Part shown: in pieces, positions 23,469-33,189 of the stretch
How the letters are laid out: the number at the start of each line of letters is the position of its first letter
How positions within the stretch are numbered: the first letter of the stretch is position 1
Assembly: GCF_028368995.1 (NCBI RefSeq)
Contig: NZ_JAQNDL010000002.1
Span: 1,632,001 to 1,696,000, forward strand
Length of the DNA stretch: 64,000 nt
DNA from: Nannocystis bainbridge
Lineage (GTDB): Bacteria > Myxococcota_A > Polyangia > Nannocystales > Nannocystaceae
Reading direction: 5' to 3'
Program-made: the position numbers and the translations under genes
The notes under the pieces: generated by a model
Told to the model about the DNA's origin: nothing
What the model saw: only the letters and a program-made list of their open reading frames with translations
Database searches by the model: none

Positions 23469-25109
23469 ATGCCGATCCGCCTGCGCTCCCTCGCCTGTCT
23501 CGCCGCGTTCACCTTCTTCATGCCCGCCGCCGAGGCAGCCCCCGACAAGGAGCGCGAGCGCCCGCACCGCATGAAGGCCTACGACTTCTCGGCCGACACC
23601 TTCGCTGGCGAGATGCTCGCTCCCTCGCCCGCGATGGGGGCCACGCCCGGCGGCGCCCAGGACATCCAGTTCTTCCGCGATCGCGTCAAGGCCGGCGAGG
23701 TCCCGCACCCCAACACCTTCACGCCCGAGGGCCTGTTCAGCGAGCACGACCTCCCGCTCGCGGCCGGGCGCACCTGCGATCAGCTGCTCTGCACCGTCGG
23801 CGAGGCCACCGGCGCCGCCTTGCTCGCCCAGCCCGACGTCCAGTACCTCGCCCAGCTCGGCTTCAGCTCCGGCCTCGATCCGAAGACCTTCAAGCGCGCC
23901 CCGCTCAACCTCGTCGCCGTCATCGACAAGTCGGGCTCGATGTCGGGCCAGCCGCTCGACCTCGTGCGCGAGAGCCTCTACCGCGTCCTCGATCAGCTCG
24001 GGCCTGACGACCAGCTCTCGATCGTCCTCTACGGCGACCGCGCCCACGTCCATCTGGCCCCGACGCCCGCCCGGGACAAGCGCGCGATCGCCAGGCACAT
24101 CGCCGACATCGAGAGCGCCGGCTCGACCGCCATGGAAGAGGGCCTGCGGGTCGGCTACGAGCTCGCCGGTCGCAGCGGCAAGGGCTTCAAGGGCACCACC
24201 CGCGTCATGCTCTTCACCGACGAGCGGCCCAACGTCGGCGCCACCGACAAGCAGAGCTTCATGGGCATGGCCCGCGACGCCTCGCACGGCGGCATCGGCC
24301 TTACCACCGTCGGCGTCGGCGTGCAGTTCGGGGCCGAGCTCGCCACCGCGGTCAGCAGCGTGCGCGGCGGCAACCTGTTCTTCTTCCCCGACGCCGCGCG
24401 CATGTCGAAGGTCTTCCGCGAAGACTTCGACACCATGGTCACCGAGCTCGCCCACGACCTGAAGCTCGAGGTGAAGCCCGCCGCCGGCCTCAAGATCGCC
24501 GGGGTCTACGGGATCCCCGGCAAGGCCATCGAATGGGCCCCCGGCGGCGCCATCCGCCTCAGCGTCGAGACCATCTTCCTCAGCCGCAAGAAGGGCGCCA
24601 TCTTCGTCGGCTTCGGCCCCGCCGATCGCAACTTGCCCGGCCCCAAACAGGCCGTCGATCGTCCGCTCGGCCAGGTCAGCCTCGCCTACACCGAGGTCGC
24701 CGCCGGCAAGCCGCGCAGCTCCACCGTCGACCTGTCCTACAAGCCAGGTGCGAACGCCAGCGTCGGCCTCGTCCGCGGCGCGCGGCTCGTCGATCAGGCC
24801 ACCGCGCTGGCCCGGGCCGCCGCCCTCCACCACGAGCAGAACGACCAGGAGGGCGCCTACCAGCTCGTGCACGCCCTCGCCTCGCTCTACCGCCAGGACC
24901 GCGATCCCGAGCTCGCCGAGGAGCGCACGCTCGTGTTCGCCCTCGAGCGCACCTTCGCCAAGCTCTCGGGCCACGCCGGCGAGCCCTCGCCCGCCGCTCC
25001 CGCCGTCGATCGCGTCAGCGGCCTCCCGCCCGCCCCGTCCTCGCGGCGCTCGCCCGTCGTCACCACCGGCCCGCGCAAGAACCTGCTCGATCGCATCGAC
25101 CACCCGTGA
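23469..25109 (+). CDS. Exported VWA-domain protein (YfbK-like)
   Basis: Signal peptide, PLNLVAVIDKSGSM MIDAS motif, GSTAM, MLFTDE. Confidence 0.88.
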   Translation: MPIRLRSLACLAAFTFFMPAAEAAPDKERERPHRMKAYDFSADTFAGEMLAPSPAMGATPGGAQDIQFFRDRVKAGEVPHPNTFTPEGLFSEHDLPLAAGRTCDQLLCTVGEATGAALLAQPDVQYLAQLGFSSGLDPKTFKRAPLNLVAVIDKSGSMSGQPLDLVRESLYRVLDQLGPDDQLSIVLYGDRAHVHLAPTPARDKRAIARHIADIESAGSTAMEEGLRVGYELAGRSGKGFKGTTRVMLFTDERPNVGATDKQSFMGMARDASHGGIGLTTVGVGVQFGAELATAVSSVRGGNLFFFPDAARMSKVFREDFDTMVTELAHDLKLEVKPAAGLKIAGVYGIPGKAIEWAPGGAIRLSVETIFLSRKKGAIFVGFGPADRNLPGPKQAVDRPLGQVSLAYTEVAAGKPRSSTVDLSYKPGANASVGLVRGARLVDQATALARAAALHHEQNDQEGAYQLVHALASLYRQDRDPELAEERTLVFALERTFAKLSGHAGEPSPAAPAVDRVSGLPPAPSSRRSPVVTTGPRKNLLDRIDHP

Positions 25110-25378
25110 GCCGCTCGCCGGCATCCACCAGCCAGGTCTCACGCGCCATACCGGCCTCTCTCGCGCACGCAACGACCCGACCCACCTCAACCGTCCGACC
25201 GGGCTCGCCTCTCGTCACTGCGCGCGTCGACCGTGAGCCGCGCCTCGGTCGGCCGCTGCGCACCGCGATCTCCCGCACCGAGCTCCGCGCGCGCAGCGAC
25301 CAGGCACCTCGTGTCCCGACCGCGCTCGGCACGCGGCGGTCGTTTGCCCCGCGCGGCCCGCGGCGTTACGCTCCGCGC

Positions 25379-25873
25379 GTGTCGACCCGCGCCGCGCTGT
25401 TCTCCTTCGTGCTTGTGACCTCGGCGGTGCTCGGATGCACCGGCGCCGGCAAGGCACCTGCCCCTTCGGACATGGCCCCGAAGACATCCACCGCCACGGC
25501 AGGCGGCGGCGACCTCGAGGGCTTCCCGCTGTCCCGCCTGCGCTTCGAGCACAACCCCGTCGAGCCGCTCACGTTGCCGGAGCCGCTGAACGAGGCCGAC
25601 CTCAAGGCTCGCGGCGTGCAGAGCCACCGCGTGCTGACGGCCACCAGCCCGCAGGTGTGGCTCTACGTGTTCGAGTTCGCCGACCAGAACGCGATGTTCG
25701 CCGCGCTGCAGGACCCGCGCCTGCTCCTGCCGGGCGAGCCGCCGTACTACCCTGCCACGGCGTTCACCGGCCGCTGGCTGCTCGTCACCGGCTTCCCCTC
25801 GGAGAAGCCGGTCTCGCCGGAGATGGAGGCCGCGCGCACCATGTTCCTCGAGCGCTGGGCCGGCCAGGAGTGA
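25379..25873 (+). CDS. Hypothetical lipoprotein
   Basis: GTG start, hydrophobic stretch ending VLGC, coding-like GC3. Confidence 0.7.
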   Translation: MSTRAALFSFVLVTSAVLGCTGAGKAPAPSDMAPKTSTATAGGGDLEGFPLSRLRFEHNPVEPLTLPEPLNEADLKARGVQSHRVLTATSPQVWLYVFEFADQNAMFAALQDPRLLLPGEPPYYPATAFTGRWLLVTGFPSEKPVSPEMEAARTMFLERWAGQE

Positions 25874-25894
25874 TCCTCGCCCCGGCGCAGTCGC

Positions 25895-27121
25895 TCAGCC
25901 GAGCACCACGCGCACCGACTTGACCAGCGCCCGCAACGCCGTCACGACCTCCTCGGTCGTCTCGCCCTTCACGATCGCGTAGCCCTCGCCCTCGTAGCCG
26001 GACGCGCGCGGCTGCCCGACCTGCGGCAGCTTGCGGTCGACCACCCACGGGCCGGCCTGCTCTTGCGCCTCGGCCAGGCCCTCGACCGCGCGGACCACCT
26101 GCCCCGGACCTTGCCCGCGGAAGAACGCCGTGCCGGCCGCGAACTGGCGCGGCGGCGCCTCGAAGCGGTCGAACACCATCAGCTCGGCCCACTTCTGCCA
26201 CATGTCGACCCCGTGGCAGAGGCCCATCATCGGCATCAGGTGCACGCCGGGCGGGCGGGCCGCCACCTCGCTGATCACCATCGAGCCGTCGGGGCGGAGG
26301 AACCACTCCATATGAGTGAGCGCCGTGCCGACCCCGAGGGCCTGCAGCGCGCGCACGTTGAGCGCGCGGAACGTCTGCGCGTGCGGCTGCAGCTGCTCGC
26401 GCGGCAGCAGCACGCAGTACTGAATCCACGGGTTCTCGAGCACCTGCAGCGGCCCTGGCAGGTAGTAGCTCGACGAGTGCCACACCGGCCTGCCGTCGAT
26501 CGTGATCGTCTCGAACGTGTGCTCCTCGCCGCGCACGAACTCCTCGGCCTGGGCCGGGTTCGACGGCGTCACGAACAGCTCGGCGAGCGCCGACGCCAGC
26601 GACTCGTCGTCGGTCGCGCGGACCGTCGCCCGCGAGCCCAGGCCCGCCGGCGGCTTGAGCACGACCGGGTAGCCGACCTCGCGCACGAACGCCCGCGCCT
26701 CCTCGGCCGAGCCGATCAGCGCCTGCCTCGCCACCGGCAGCCCCGCCTCGCGCAGCTTCGCCTTCATCCGGTTCTTCTCGCGGAAGTTGCGGGCGATCGC
26801 CTCCGTCATGCCCGGGATCCCCAGCTTGTCGCGCGCCACCGCCAGCGGGGTCTGCATCTGCTCGAGGAACCCGATCAGGCGATCGACGCGCCCCCACCCG
26901 GCCTGGAACGCCTTGCCCGCGGACACCAGCTGCTCGGCGTCGAGGCAGTCACGGACCTGGTAGTGCCCGACCACGCGACCGCGGTAGCGCTCGGGCAGCG
27001 TCGCCTCGGACTCGTGGGTGATGAGGCCGATCCGGACATCGGGCAGCGACGTCAGCGCGTCGAGGCACTGCAGGATGTTGGCGCTGTAGAACGGGGCGAC
27101 GTAGAGGACGTGGGCGGGCAT
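25895..27121 (-). CDS. ATP-grasp domain protein
   Basis: FREKNRMK, GYPVVLKPPAGLGS, EEFVRGEE, THMEWF, SEVAARPPG. Confidence 0.9.
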   Translation of the reverse strand: MPAHVLYVAPFYSANILQCLDALTSLPDVRIGLITHESEATLPERYRGRVVGHYQVRDCLDAEQLVSAGKAFQAGWGRVDRLIGFLEQMQTPLAVARDKLGIPGMTEAIARNFREKNRMKAKLREAGLPVARQALIGSAEEARAFVREVGYPVVLKPPAGLGSRATVRATDDESLASALAELFVTPSNPAQAEEFVRGEEHTFETITIDGRPVWHSSSYYLPGPLQVLENPWIQYCVLLPREQLQPHAQTFRALNVRALQALGVGTALTHMEWFLRPDGSMVISEVAARPPGVHLMPMMGLCHGVDMWQKWAELMVFDRFEAPPRQFAAGTAFFRGQGPGQVVRAVEGLAEAQEQAGPWVVDRKLPQVGQPRASGYEGEGYAIVKGETTEEVVTALRALVKSVRVVLG

Positions 27122-27470
27122 GCGCGGCCGCGATCATGCCAGATCCACCGCGACCCGGCGACGCGCTCGGTCAGCGAGAACCGCCGGTCGCACGCGATCC
27201 CGACCGGTCGATGACCGCGGGAGCCCAGCCTCGGCCCGCAAAACGACGTCTCGCAGCGGCGCGTGGCGGTCACGGGACCGGGGCGATCCAGGCCGTGGTC
27301 CGGCGCCCTCCGACGGTCCCCGACCCGGCGCAGCCTCCGATCGGCGAGACCTGCCCGCGTGGCCGATCCTGCGAGCGAGTCGCGGCGAGCCCTCGACGGT
27401 CCTGCGCGATCTTCCGCCCGCCCGGCGCAGCCGACCGTGCTCTCGCCGGCGCCGCGAGCCCTCGCGTGCC

Positions 27471-27561
27471 CCACATGTCTGTTTCGACATGTCTCCGACG
27501 ACATGCCCTTATCGACATGCCCTCGGCGACATATTCCCCACGACATGCCCGATCGGACACT
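27471..27561. repeat. 14-bp-phased motif array directly downstream of rnc
   Basis: CATG/CATA at 27474, 27488, 27502, 27516, 27530, 27544. Confidence 0.9.
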
Positions 27562-27582
27562 CCGCCTACCCGCCAGCCAGGC

Positions 27583-28368
27583 TCACCCGAGCTCGCCGCG
27601 GTCGATGCGATCGAGCGCCGTCTCGGCCGCCGCCGACTCGGCCGCGCGCAAGCTCGGGCCCTCGCCCTCGGCCAGCGCCACGATCAGGCCGTCGGAGCAC
27701 GTCACCTCCGCGCGCACCCGCCACAGCGAGCGGTCGTGCGCCGGGCGGTCGCCGAGCGGCACGTAGACCGGCGGCCGCCGCCAGCGCGCCTGGGCCCACT
27801 CCTGCAGCCGCGCCTTGGCCGGCTTGCCGTCGTCCGGGCGCAGCGCCGCCAAACGGGGCCCCAGCAGCGCCTGAAACACCACCCCCGACGACGCCAGCGG
27901 ATCGCGGCCGGCCGCGCGCGCGTCGAGGAACGCCGCTCCGAGCACCGCCTCGGCCGCGTCGGCCAGCGACCCGTCGTGTTCGCGCAGCTCCGCCTGCCGA
28001 TGCGCCACCCACAGCGACGGCCCGAGATCGAGCCGCCGGGCCGCCTCGGCCAGCGCCGGCTCCGACACCAGGCTCGCGCGCAGCCGCGTCAGCACCCCCT
28101 CGGGCAGCGCCGGGAAGCGGCGCCACAGCGCCTCGGTCGAAAGCAGGGCCAGCACTGCGTCGCCGAAGAACTCGAGGCACGCGTTGCTCGGCCAGCCCGC
28201 GCGCGCGTGCTCGTTGACCCACGTCGGGTGCGTCAGCGCCACGCGCAGCAGCGCCGGGCGGGTGAACGCGTAGCCGAGCCGCGTCTGCAGCGGCGCCATG
28301 CGGGCCTCGTTGTCGGGCCAGGTCGGCGCCCCGCGGCGGTCGGGCAGATCCTCGAGCAGCTCGGTCAT
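27583..28368 (-). CDS. rnc: Ribonuclease III
   Basis: LGYAF...ALTHPT, LEFFGDAVL, EGVLTRLRASLV, ADAAEAVLGA, C-terminal dsRBD (KARLQEWAQ). Confidence 0.85.
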   Translation of the reverse strand: MTELLEDLPDRRGAPTWPDNEARMAPLQTRLGYAFTRPALLRVALTHPTWVNEHARAGWPSNACLEFFGDAVLALLSTEALWRRFPALPEGVLTRLRASLVSEPALAEAARRLDLGPSLWVAHRQAELREHDGSLADAAEAVLGAAFLDARAAGRDPLASSGVVFQALLGPRLAALRPDDGKPAKARLQEWAQARWRRPPVYVPLGDRPAHDRSLWRVRAEVTCSDGLIVALAEGEGPSLRAAESAAAETALDRIDRGELG

Positions 28369-29444
28369 GCGCCGGTCTCCGCGATCCAGCCGCCGCCGAG
28401 CACTCGGTCACCGGCGTAGATCACCGCGGCTTGCCCCGGCGCCGCCGCCTGGACCGGCGTTTCGAAATGGATCGTCGCCCGCTCGCCCGCCAGCTCGACG
28501 CGCGCCGGCGCCGGCCGCCCGCGGTGACGGATCTGGACCTCCGCGCGGACCGTCGCGTGCTCGCCCAGCGGCGCCAGCCGGCGGAAGTCCGCCAGCGTCA
28601 GCGCGTGCGTCTCGAGGTCCGCCGCGTCGCCCACCACCACCTGGCGCTGCGCCGGCAGCACCCGCAGCACGTAGCGCGGCGACGTGCCCGGGATCCGCAG
28701 CCCGCGGCGCTGGCCGATCGTCACGCGGTGGATCCCGCCGTGCGCCCCGAGCACGCGGCCCTCGGCGTCGACCACCTCGCCGGGCGCCAGCTCCTCGGTC
28801 GCCAGCCCCAGCGTCGCCGCCCGCGCCTCCACCAACTCACCGTGATCGCGGCCGCCGACGAAGCACAGCTCCTGGCTGTCGGGCGTGTCGGCGCTCGGCA
28901 GCCCGAGCGCGCGGGCCTTGGCTCGCACCTGGTCTTTGAGCCATGTCCCGAGCGGAAACTGCACCCCCGCCAGCAGCGCCGGCGGCACCGCGAACAGGAA
29001 GTACGTCTGGTCCTTCGTCGCATCGGCCGCGCGCAGCAGCGCCCCGTCTTCCAGGCGCGCGTAGTGGCCGGTCGCCAGCGCCTCGGCACCGAGCGCGCGG
29101 GCGCGGGCCACCAGCGGCCCGAACTTCACGTGCTCGTTGCAGCGGACGCACGGGTTCGGCGTGCGGCCGCGGGCGTACTCGCGGGCGAAGTCGTCGATCA
29201 CCTGGGCCGAGAAGCGCTCCTGCTCGTCGACCGTGTAGTGCGGGATCCCAAGCAGCGCGCACACGTCTCGCGCCTGATCGATCTCCGCCGGCGAGCAGCA
29301 CGACCCGCCGCGGCCCTGGCGTTCGTGCCCGCTGGCGTCGTAGAGCCGCATCGTCAGGCCCACCACTTCGTGGCCCGCCTCGACCAGCAGCGCCGCCGCC
29401 ACCGACGAGTCGACCCCGCCGGACATCGCGCACACGATCCTCAT
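28365..29444 (-). CDS. mnmA: tRNA 2-thiouridine(34) synthase
   Basis: AMSGGVDSSV, TPNPCVRCN, ATGHYAR, KDQTYFL, DSQELCF, TIGQRRGL, PGQAAV. Confidence 0.96.
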   Translation of the reverse strand: MRIVCAMSGGVDSSVAAALLVEAGHEVVGLTMRLYDASGHERQGRGGSCCSPAEIDQARDVCALLGIPHYTVDEQERFSAQVIDDFAREYARGRTPNPCVRCNEHVKFGPLVARARALGAEALATGHYARLEDGALLRAADATKDQTYFLFAVPPALLAGVQFPLGTWLKDQVRAKARALGLPSADTPDSQELCFVGGRDHGELVEARAATLGLATEELAPGEVVDAEGRVLGAHGGIHRVTIGQRRGLRIPGTSPRYVLRVLPAQRQVVVGDAADLETHALTLADFRRLAPLGEHATVRAEVQIRHRGRPAPARVELAGERATIHFETPVQAAAPGQAAVIYAGDRVLGGGWIAETGA

Positions 29445-30634
29445 GACGGCGTCACCTCGCGCCAGTCGCCGCCGCCCTCCGCCCCGCGCACGCGCGCGAT
29501 CGCCTCGGGCAACGCGGCCAGCAGCGCTTCGACATCCTCTTCGGTGTTGCCGGCGCCGAGCGAGATCCGCAGCGCCGAGCGAGCCGCGGCCGGCGTCAGC
29601 CCCAGCGCCAGCAGCACCGGCGACGGCTCGGGCGTGCCCGAGCTGCAGGCCGCCCCGTACGACACCGCGATCCCTGCCAGGTCGAGGTTCATCGCCAGCA
29701 GCTGCCCGTCGCAGCCGGCGAACCCGGCGCTCACGGTGTTGCCGACCCGGCGCTCGCGATCGCCGTGGACTGTCACATCGGACATGTCCGAAAGGCCAGC
29801 CCGCAAGCGTTCGGCCAGTCGGGTCACGTGGGCGTGGCGCGTCGGCAGCTCGGCCGCGGCCAGCTGCGCCGCGACGCCGAACCCTGTGATGCTGGCGACC
29901 GGCTCGGTCCCCGCCCGGCGCCCGCGCTCTTGCTGGCCGCCGAGCAGCAGCGGATCGATCGCCAGCCGGCGGCGATGGACCAGCGCGCCGACCCCCTTCG
30001 GGCCGTAGATTTTGTGGCTGCTGACGCTGAGCAGGTCGAGATCCCAGCCATGAAAGTCGAGGGGCAGCTTGCCGAACGCCTGCACCGCGTCGCAGTGGAC
30101 CAGCGCCCCGGGCGCGAATTCGCGCACCACGCGGACCAGCGCCGGGATGTCGTAGGCATTGCCGAGCACGTGATTCGCGGCAGCGAGCGAGACAACTCCC
30201 ACGTCCGGGTTCTCCCGGAGGGCGGCGCTCAGCGCGTCGGGCTCGATGCGGCCATGGGCGTCGACCGCGACCAGCGCCAGCGGGTGTCCCTCACGCTGCA
30301 GCCGGCCCGCCGCCGCCAGCACCGCCGGGTGCTCGAGCGGCGAAGTGAGCAGGCCAAAAGGCCGCCCTGCGGCCCGCAGCGCCCTCGCAGCGCCGATCAG
30401 CGCCAGGTTGTCGGCCTCGGTCCCGCCCGACGTGAAAGTCACCTCGAGCGCCTCGGCCCCGAGCGCCCGGGCGACCGCGCGGCGCGCCTGTTCGACGGCC
30501 GCCCGGGCCCGCTGCCCCGTGCTGTGCACGCTGGCCGGGTTCCCCTGAAGGAGGGGGTCGGTCAGCGCGGCGATAACAGCGTCCCGGACCCGGGGATCGA
30601 GGGGGGTCGTCGCGTTGTGGTCGAGGTAGCGCAC
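29441..30634 (-). CDS. iscS: Cysteine desulfurase (IscS/NifS family)
   Basis: YLDHNATT, FTSGGTEADN, HCDAVQ, SSHKIYGPKG, RAGT, GAACSS. Directly upstream of mnmA. Confidence 0.92.
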   Translation of the reverse strand: MRYLDHNATTPLDPRVRDAVIAALTDPLLQGNPASVHSTGQRARAAVEQARRAVARALGAEALEVTFTSGGTEADNLALIGAARALRAAGRPFGLLTSPLEHPAVLAAAGRLQREGHPLALVAVDAHGRIEPDALSAALRENPDVGVVSLAAANHVLGNAYDIPALVRVVREFAPGALVHCDAVQAFGKLPLDFHGWDLDLLSVSSHKIYGPKGVGALVHRRRLAIDPLLLGGQQERGRRAGTEPVASITGFGVAAQLAAAELPTRHAHVTRLAERLRAGLSDMSDVTVHGDRERRVGNTVSAGFAGCDGQLLAMNLDLAGIAVSYGAACSSGTPEPSPVLLALGLTPAAARSALRISLGAGNTEEDVEALLAALPEAIARVRGAEGGGDWREVTPS

Positions 30635-30698
30635 CCAGGGCCGGCTATAGCACGAGGTCCGGCGCCGGGAGCCCCGGTTTAGCCGGCTTGTTGACGGG

Positions 30699-32726
30699 AT
30701 GGGCTCCGGCGTTGAATCATCACAGCGCGTGAGTCTCCTCGGGACCATGATGGTGAGAGCGGGCCTGCTCTCCGACGAGCAGTTAGCCGCGGTACAGGCC
30801 ACAAGCGCCGAGCGCAAGCTCTCCTTCGTCGAAGCTCTGCTTTCGCACAGCTTCGCCGATGAAGACAGCGTCGTCGGTTTCCTTCACAGCAAGCTGATGA
30901 TCCCCAAGGTGGGCGCCAGCATCCTCGACGGCGTCGATCGATCGGCGCTCGATCGGGTCCCCGGTGAATTGGCTGCGCGCCACGCCGTGCTCCCGATCTC
31001 GAGCGACGAGACTGGCAACCTCACCCTGGCGATGGTCGACCCGACCGACATGAAAGCGGTCGACGCCATCTCGGCGCACACGGGCGCGTATCTGGTTCGC
31101 GCGGTCGCGCCGCTGCGAGTCATCCGCTCCTCGATCACGCACCACTACGGGATCCCGGCGCCGACCTTGCCCTCGCTGCAGGCGACCAAGCCGGCCACCG
31201 CCGCGACCCCGGCCGCGGTCATCCCCGCCGGCGCCTCCGCACCTGGCTCGAGCACCAGCCGCGCCCCCTCGGCCGCCGTCAGCTCGGCGCCGACGGTGAC
31301 GCCCCCGACCATTGGCACCCCGCCGAACGGCGCCCTGACCGTGCCTTCGCCGCCGGTCGTCGAGCCCGTCGCCGCGGGCGCCTCTCGCCCCTCCGCCCCC
31401 AGCGGCGCCGCGATCCGTCCGGCCGCCGTGCTCCAGCCCTCGGCCGTGCTCATGGCCGGCGCCCCGCGTCCGGCCGCCGTGTTGCCGGCCGCCGCCTTCG
31501 CGCCCTCGCCGTACGGCATCCCCGCCCACGCCGCCGCGCCCGTGGTCGCATCGAGCGCCACCGCGACCGTAGTCGCACCTGTCCCTTCGGCCAGCCCGCC
31601 CGGCAGCGGCAGCCTCGCCGCGGCGCTCACCGCCACCCCGCCGGTCGCCACCTCCCCCGCGAGCAACGGCGTCTCGTCGGTCGGCGCGACCAACCTCTCC
31701 GCCCCCAACCTCGCCGCCCCCAACCTCGCCACCCCGCCGATCGCCGTACCTGTCTCTTCGGCCAGCTCGGCCCCGGGCAACGTCACCCAGCCGTTCGCCT
31801 CCTCGAGCATCACCGCGGCGATGCCCGCCGCACCTGTCTCTGCGGCCAGCTCGACCACGGGCAGCGTCGCCCAGCCGTCCACCGCCGCGAGCGTCCCCGC
31901 CGCGGTCGCCATCGACGCCGACACCGTACCTGTCCCTGCGGCCAGCCCCGTCAGCGAGCCCGAGGCGCCCGTGCCGACGATCGCTGGCGCCATGGCGACC
32001 CTGCGCCCGGCCGAAGAGATCGACACCTCGCGCGGTCGCACCGAGCCCGGCACCGAGAGCGCCGCCGAGACCCTCTCCGGCGCCCCGCGGCCCAGCGACG
32101 ACCTCGACATCCCGCTCGACGACCTCGAGAGCAACGACCGACCCGGCACCTCCGGGCCCGGCGAGGCGACCTTCGACGCCGCCAAGACCCAGACCTGGAT
32201 CCCGCCGAGCTTCACCGCCGCCAACGAGATCATCCCGCTGTCGCCGGAGGCGTTCCACCGCCTGCTGCCGCGCTTCGCCACCGTCAAGTCGCGCGACGAG
32301 GTCACCGACCTGCTGCTCGATTTCCTCGCCGAGGGCTTCTCGCGGGTCATCATGTTCGTCCACGTCAAGGGCGAGATCCGCGGCCGCGACGCCCGCGGCG
32401 AAGACCTGCTGGTCGAGGCCGTGCGCCAGATCCGGATCCCCGCCGGCGGCCCCTCGGTGTTCTCCGGCGTCATCGAGCGCCGCCTCCCCTACTTCGGCGC
32501 GATGCGGACCGACACCCCGATCGACGCCGCCTTCTTCTCGGCCCTCGGCGGCGTCGAGGGCGTCATCCTGGTCCTGCCCGTCCTCCTGCGCGAGAAGGTC
32601 CCGCTGATCGTGTTCGCCTCGGGCTCGAGCAACCCCGTCGACCCGCGCAGCCTGCACGAGCTGACCCACGAGGTCGCCGCCGCGCTCGAGCGCATCATCG
32701 TGATCGAGAAGGCCCGCGGGAAGTAG
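30699..32726 (+). CDS. MshEN/GspE-N-terminal domain protein with long Ala/Pro/Ser/Thr linker and GAF-like C-terminus
   Basis: LGTMMVRAGLLSDEQL...VPGELAARHAVLPI...LTLAMVDPTD. No ATPase motifs. Confidence 0.75.
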   Translation: MGSGVESSQRVSLLGTMMVRAGLLSDEQLAAVQATSAERKLSFVEALLSHSFADEDSVVGFLHSKLMIPKVGASILDGVDRSALDRVPGELAARHAVLPISSDETGNLTLAMVDPTDMKAVDAISAHTGAYLVRAVAPLRVIRSSITHHYGIPAPTLPSLQATKPATAATPAAVIPAGASAPGSSTSRAPSAAVSSAPTVTPPTIGTPPNGALTVPSPPVVEPVAAGASRPSAPSGAAIRPAAVLQPSAVLMAGAPRPAAVLPAAAFAPSPYGIPAHAAAPVVASSATATVVAPVPSASPPGSGSLAAALTATPPVATSPASNGVSSVGATNLSAPNLAAPNLATPPIAVPVSSASSAPGNVTQPFASSSITAAMPAAPVSAASSTTGSVAQPSTAASVPAAVAIDADTVPVPAASPVSEPEAPVPTIAGAMATLRPAEEIDTSRGRTEPGTESAAETLSGAPRPSDDLDIPLDDLESNDRPGTSGPGEATFDAAKTQTWIPPSFTAANEIIPLSPEAFHRLLPRFATVKSRDEVTDLLLDFLAEGFSRVIMFVHVKGEIRGRDARGEDLLVEAVRQIRIPAGGPSVFSGVIERRLPYFGAMRTDTPIDAAFFSALGGVEGVILVLPVLLREKVPLIVFASGSSNPVDPRSLHELTHEVAAALERIIVIEKARGK

Positions 32727-32742
32727 CCGCGCCGGCCCCGGC

Positions 32743-32862
32743 GCGCATGTCGAAGCGGGCATGTCCAAACGGACATGCCCGTTTCTCTATGTCCGTTCGC
32801 GCATGTCCTCACGGACATGCGCGAAGCGACATGTCCGAAGGCGCAGACTAGTGTGCACGTGA
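32743..32862. repeat. Longest intergenic 14-bp-phased array
   Basis: CATG/TATG at 32746, 32760, 32774, 32788, 32802, 32816, 32830, with a decayed CGTG at 32858. Confidence 0.92.
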
Positions 32863-32873
32863 ACTCTGTCGCT

Positions 32874-33170
32874 GCCGAAGCAGCACCAAGCAGCGCCGCA
32901 CATCGGTAACGCAGCGTCGGCTCGCACCAGAAGCGCTTCGATGCCGAAGCAGCGCCAAGCGTCACCGCAGTCGCAGCGTCGGCTCGCACCAGAAGCGTTT
33001 CGACGCCGAAGCAGCGCCGCACACAGGCGCGCAGCGTCGGCCCGCACCAGAAGCGCTTCGATGCCGAAGCAGCGCCGAGCAGCGCCGCACACAGACGCGC
33101 AGCATCGGCTCGCACCGGGGTGCGTCGATGCCGAAGCAGCGCCAAGCGTCACCGCAGTCGGAGCGACGCC
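32874..33170. repeat. Five-unit imperfect tandem repeat (58-69 bp units)
   Basis: GCCGAAGCAGC at 32874, 32943, 33005, 33063, 33130. Shared block CGCAGCGTCGGCTCGCACCAGAAGCGCTTCGA. Confidence 0.88.
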
Positions 33171-33189
33171 TCCCGAGCGCCCCACCCGC

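Noticed and set aside
32874-33170. CRISPR array
   Set aside because: Variable parts are short, unequal and related to each other. Repeats are degenerate and no cas genes are in the window.
32489-33185. ORFs with repeated peptides over the tandem repeat
   Set aside because: These are translations of the DNA repeat in several frames, with no coding-like codon bias.
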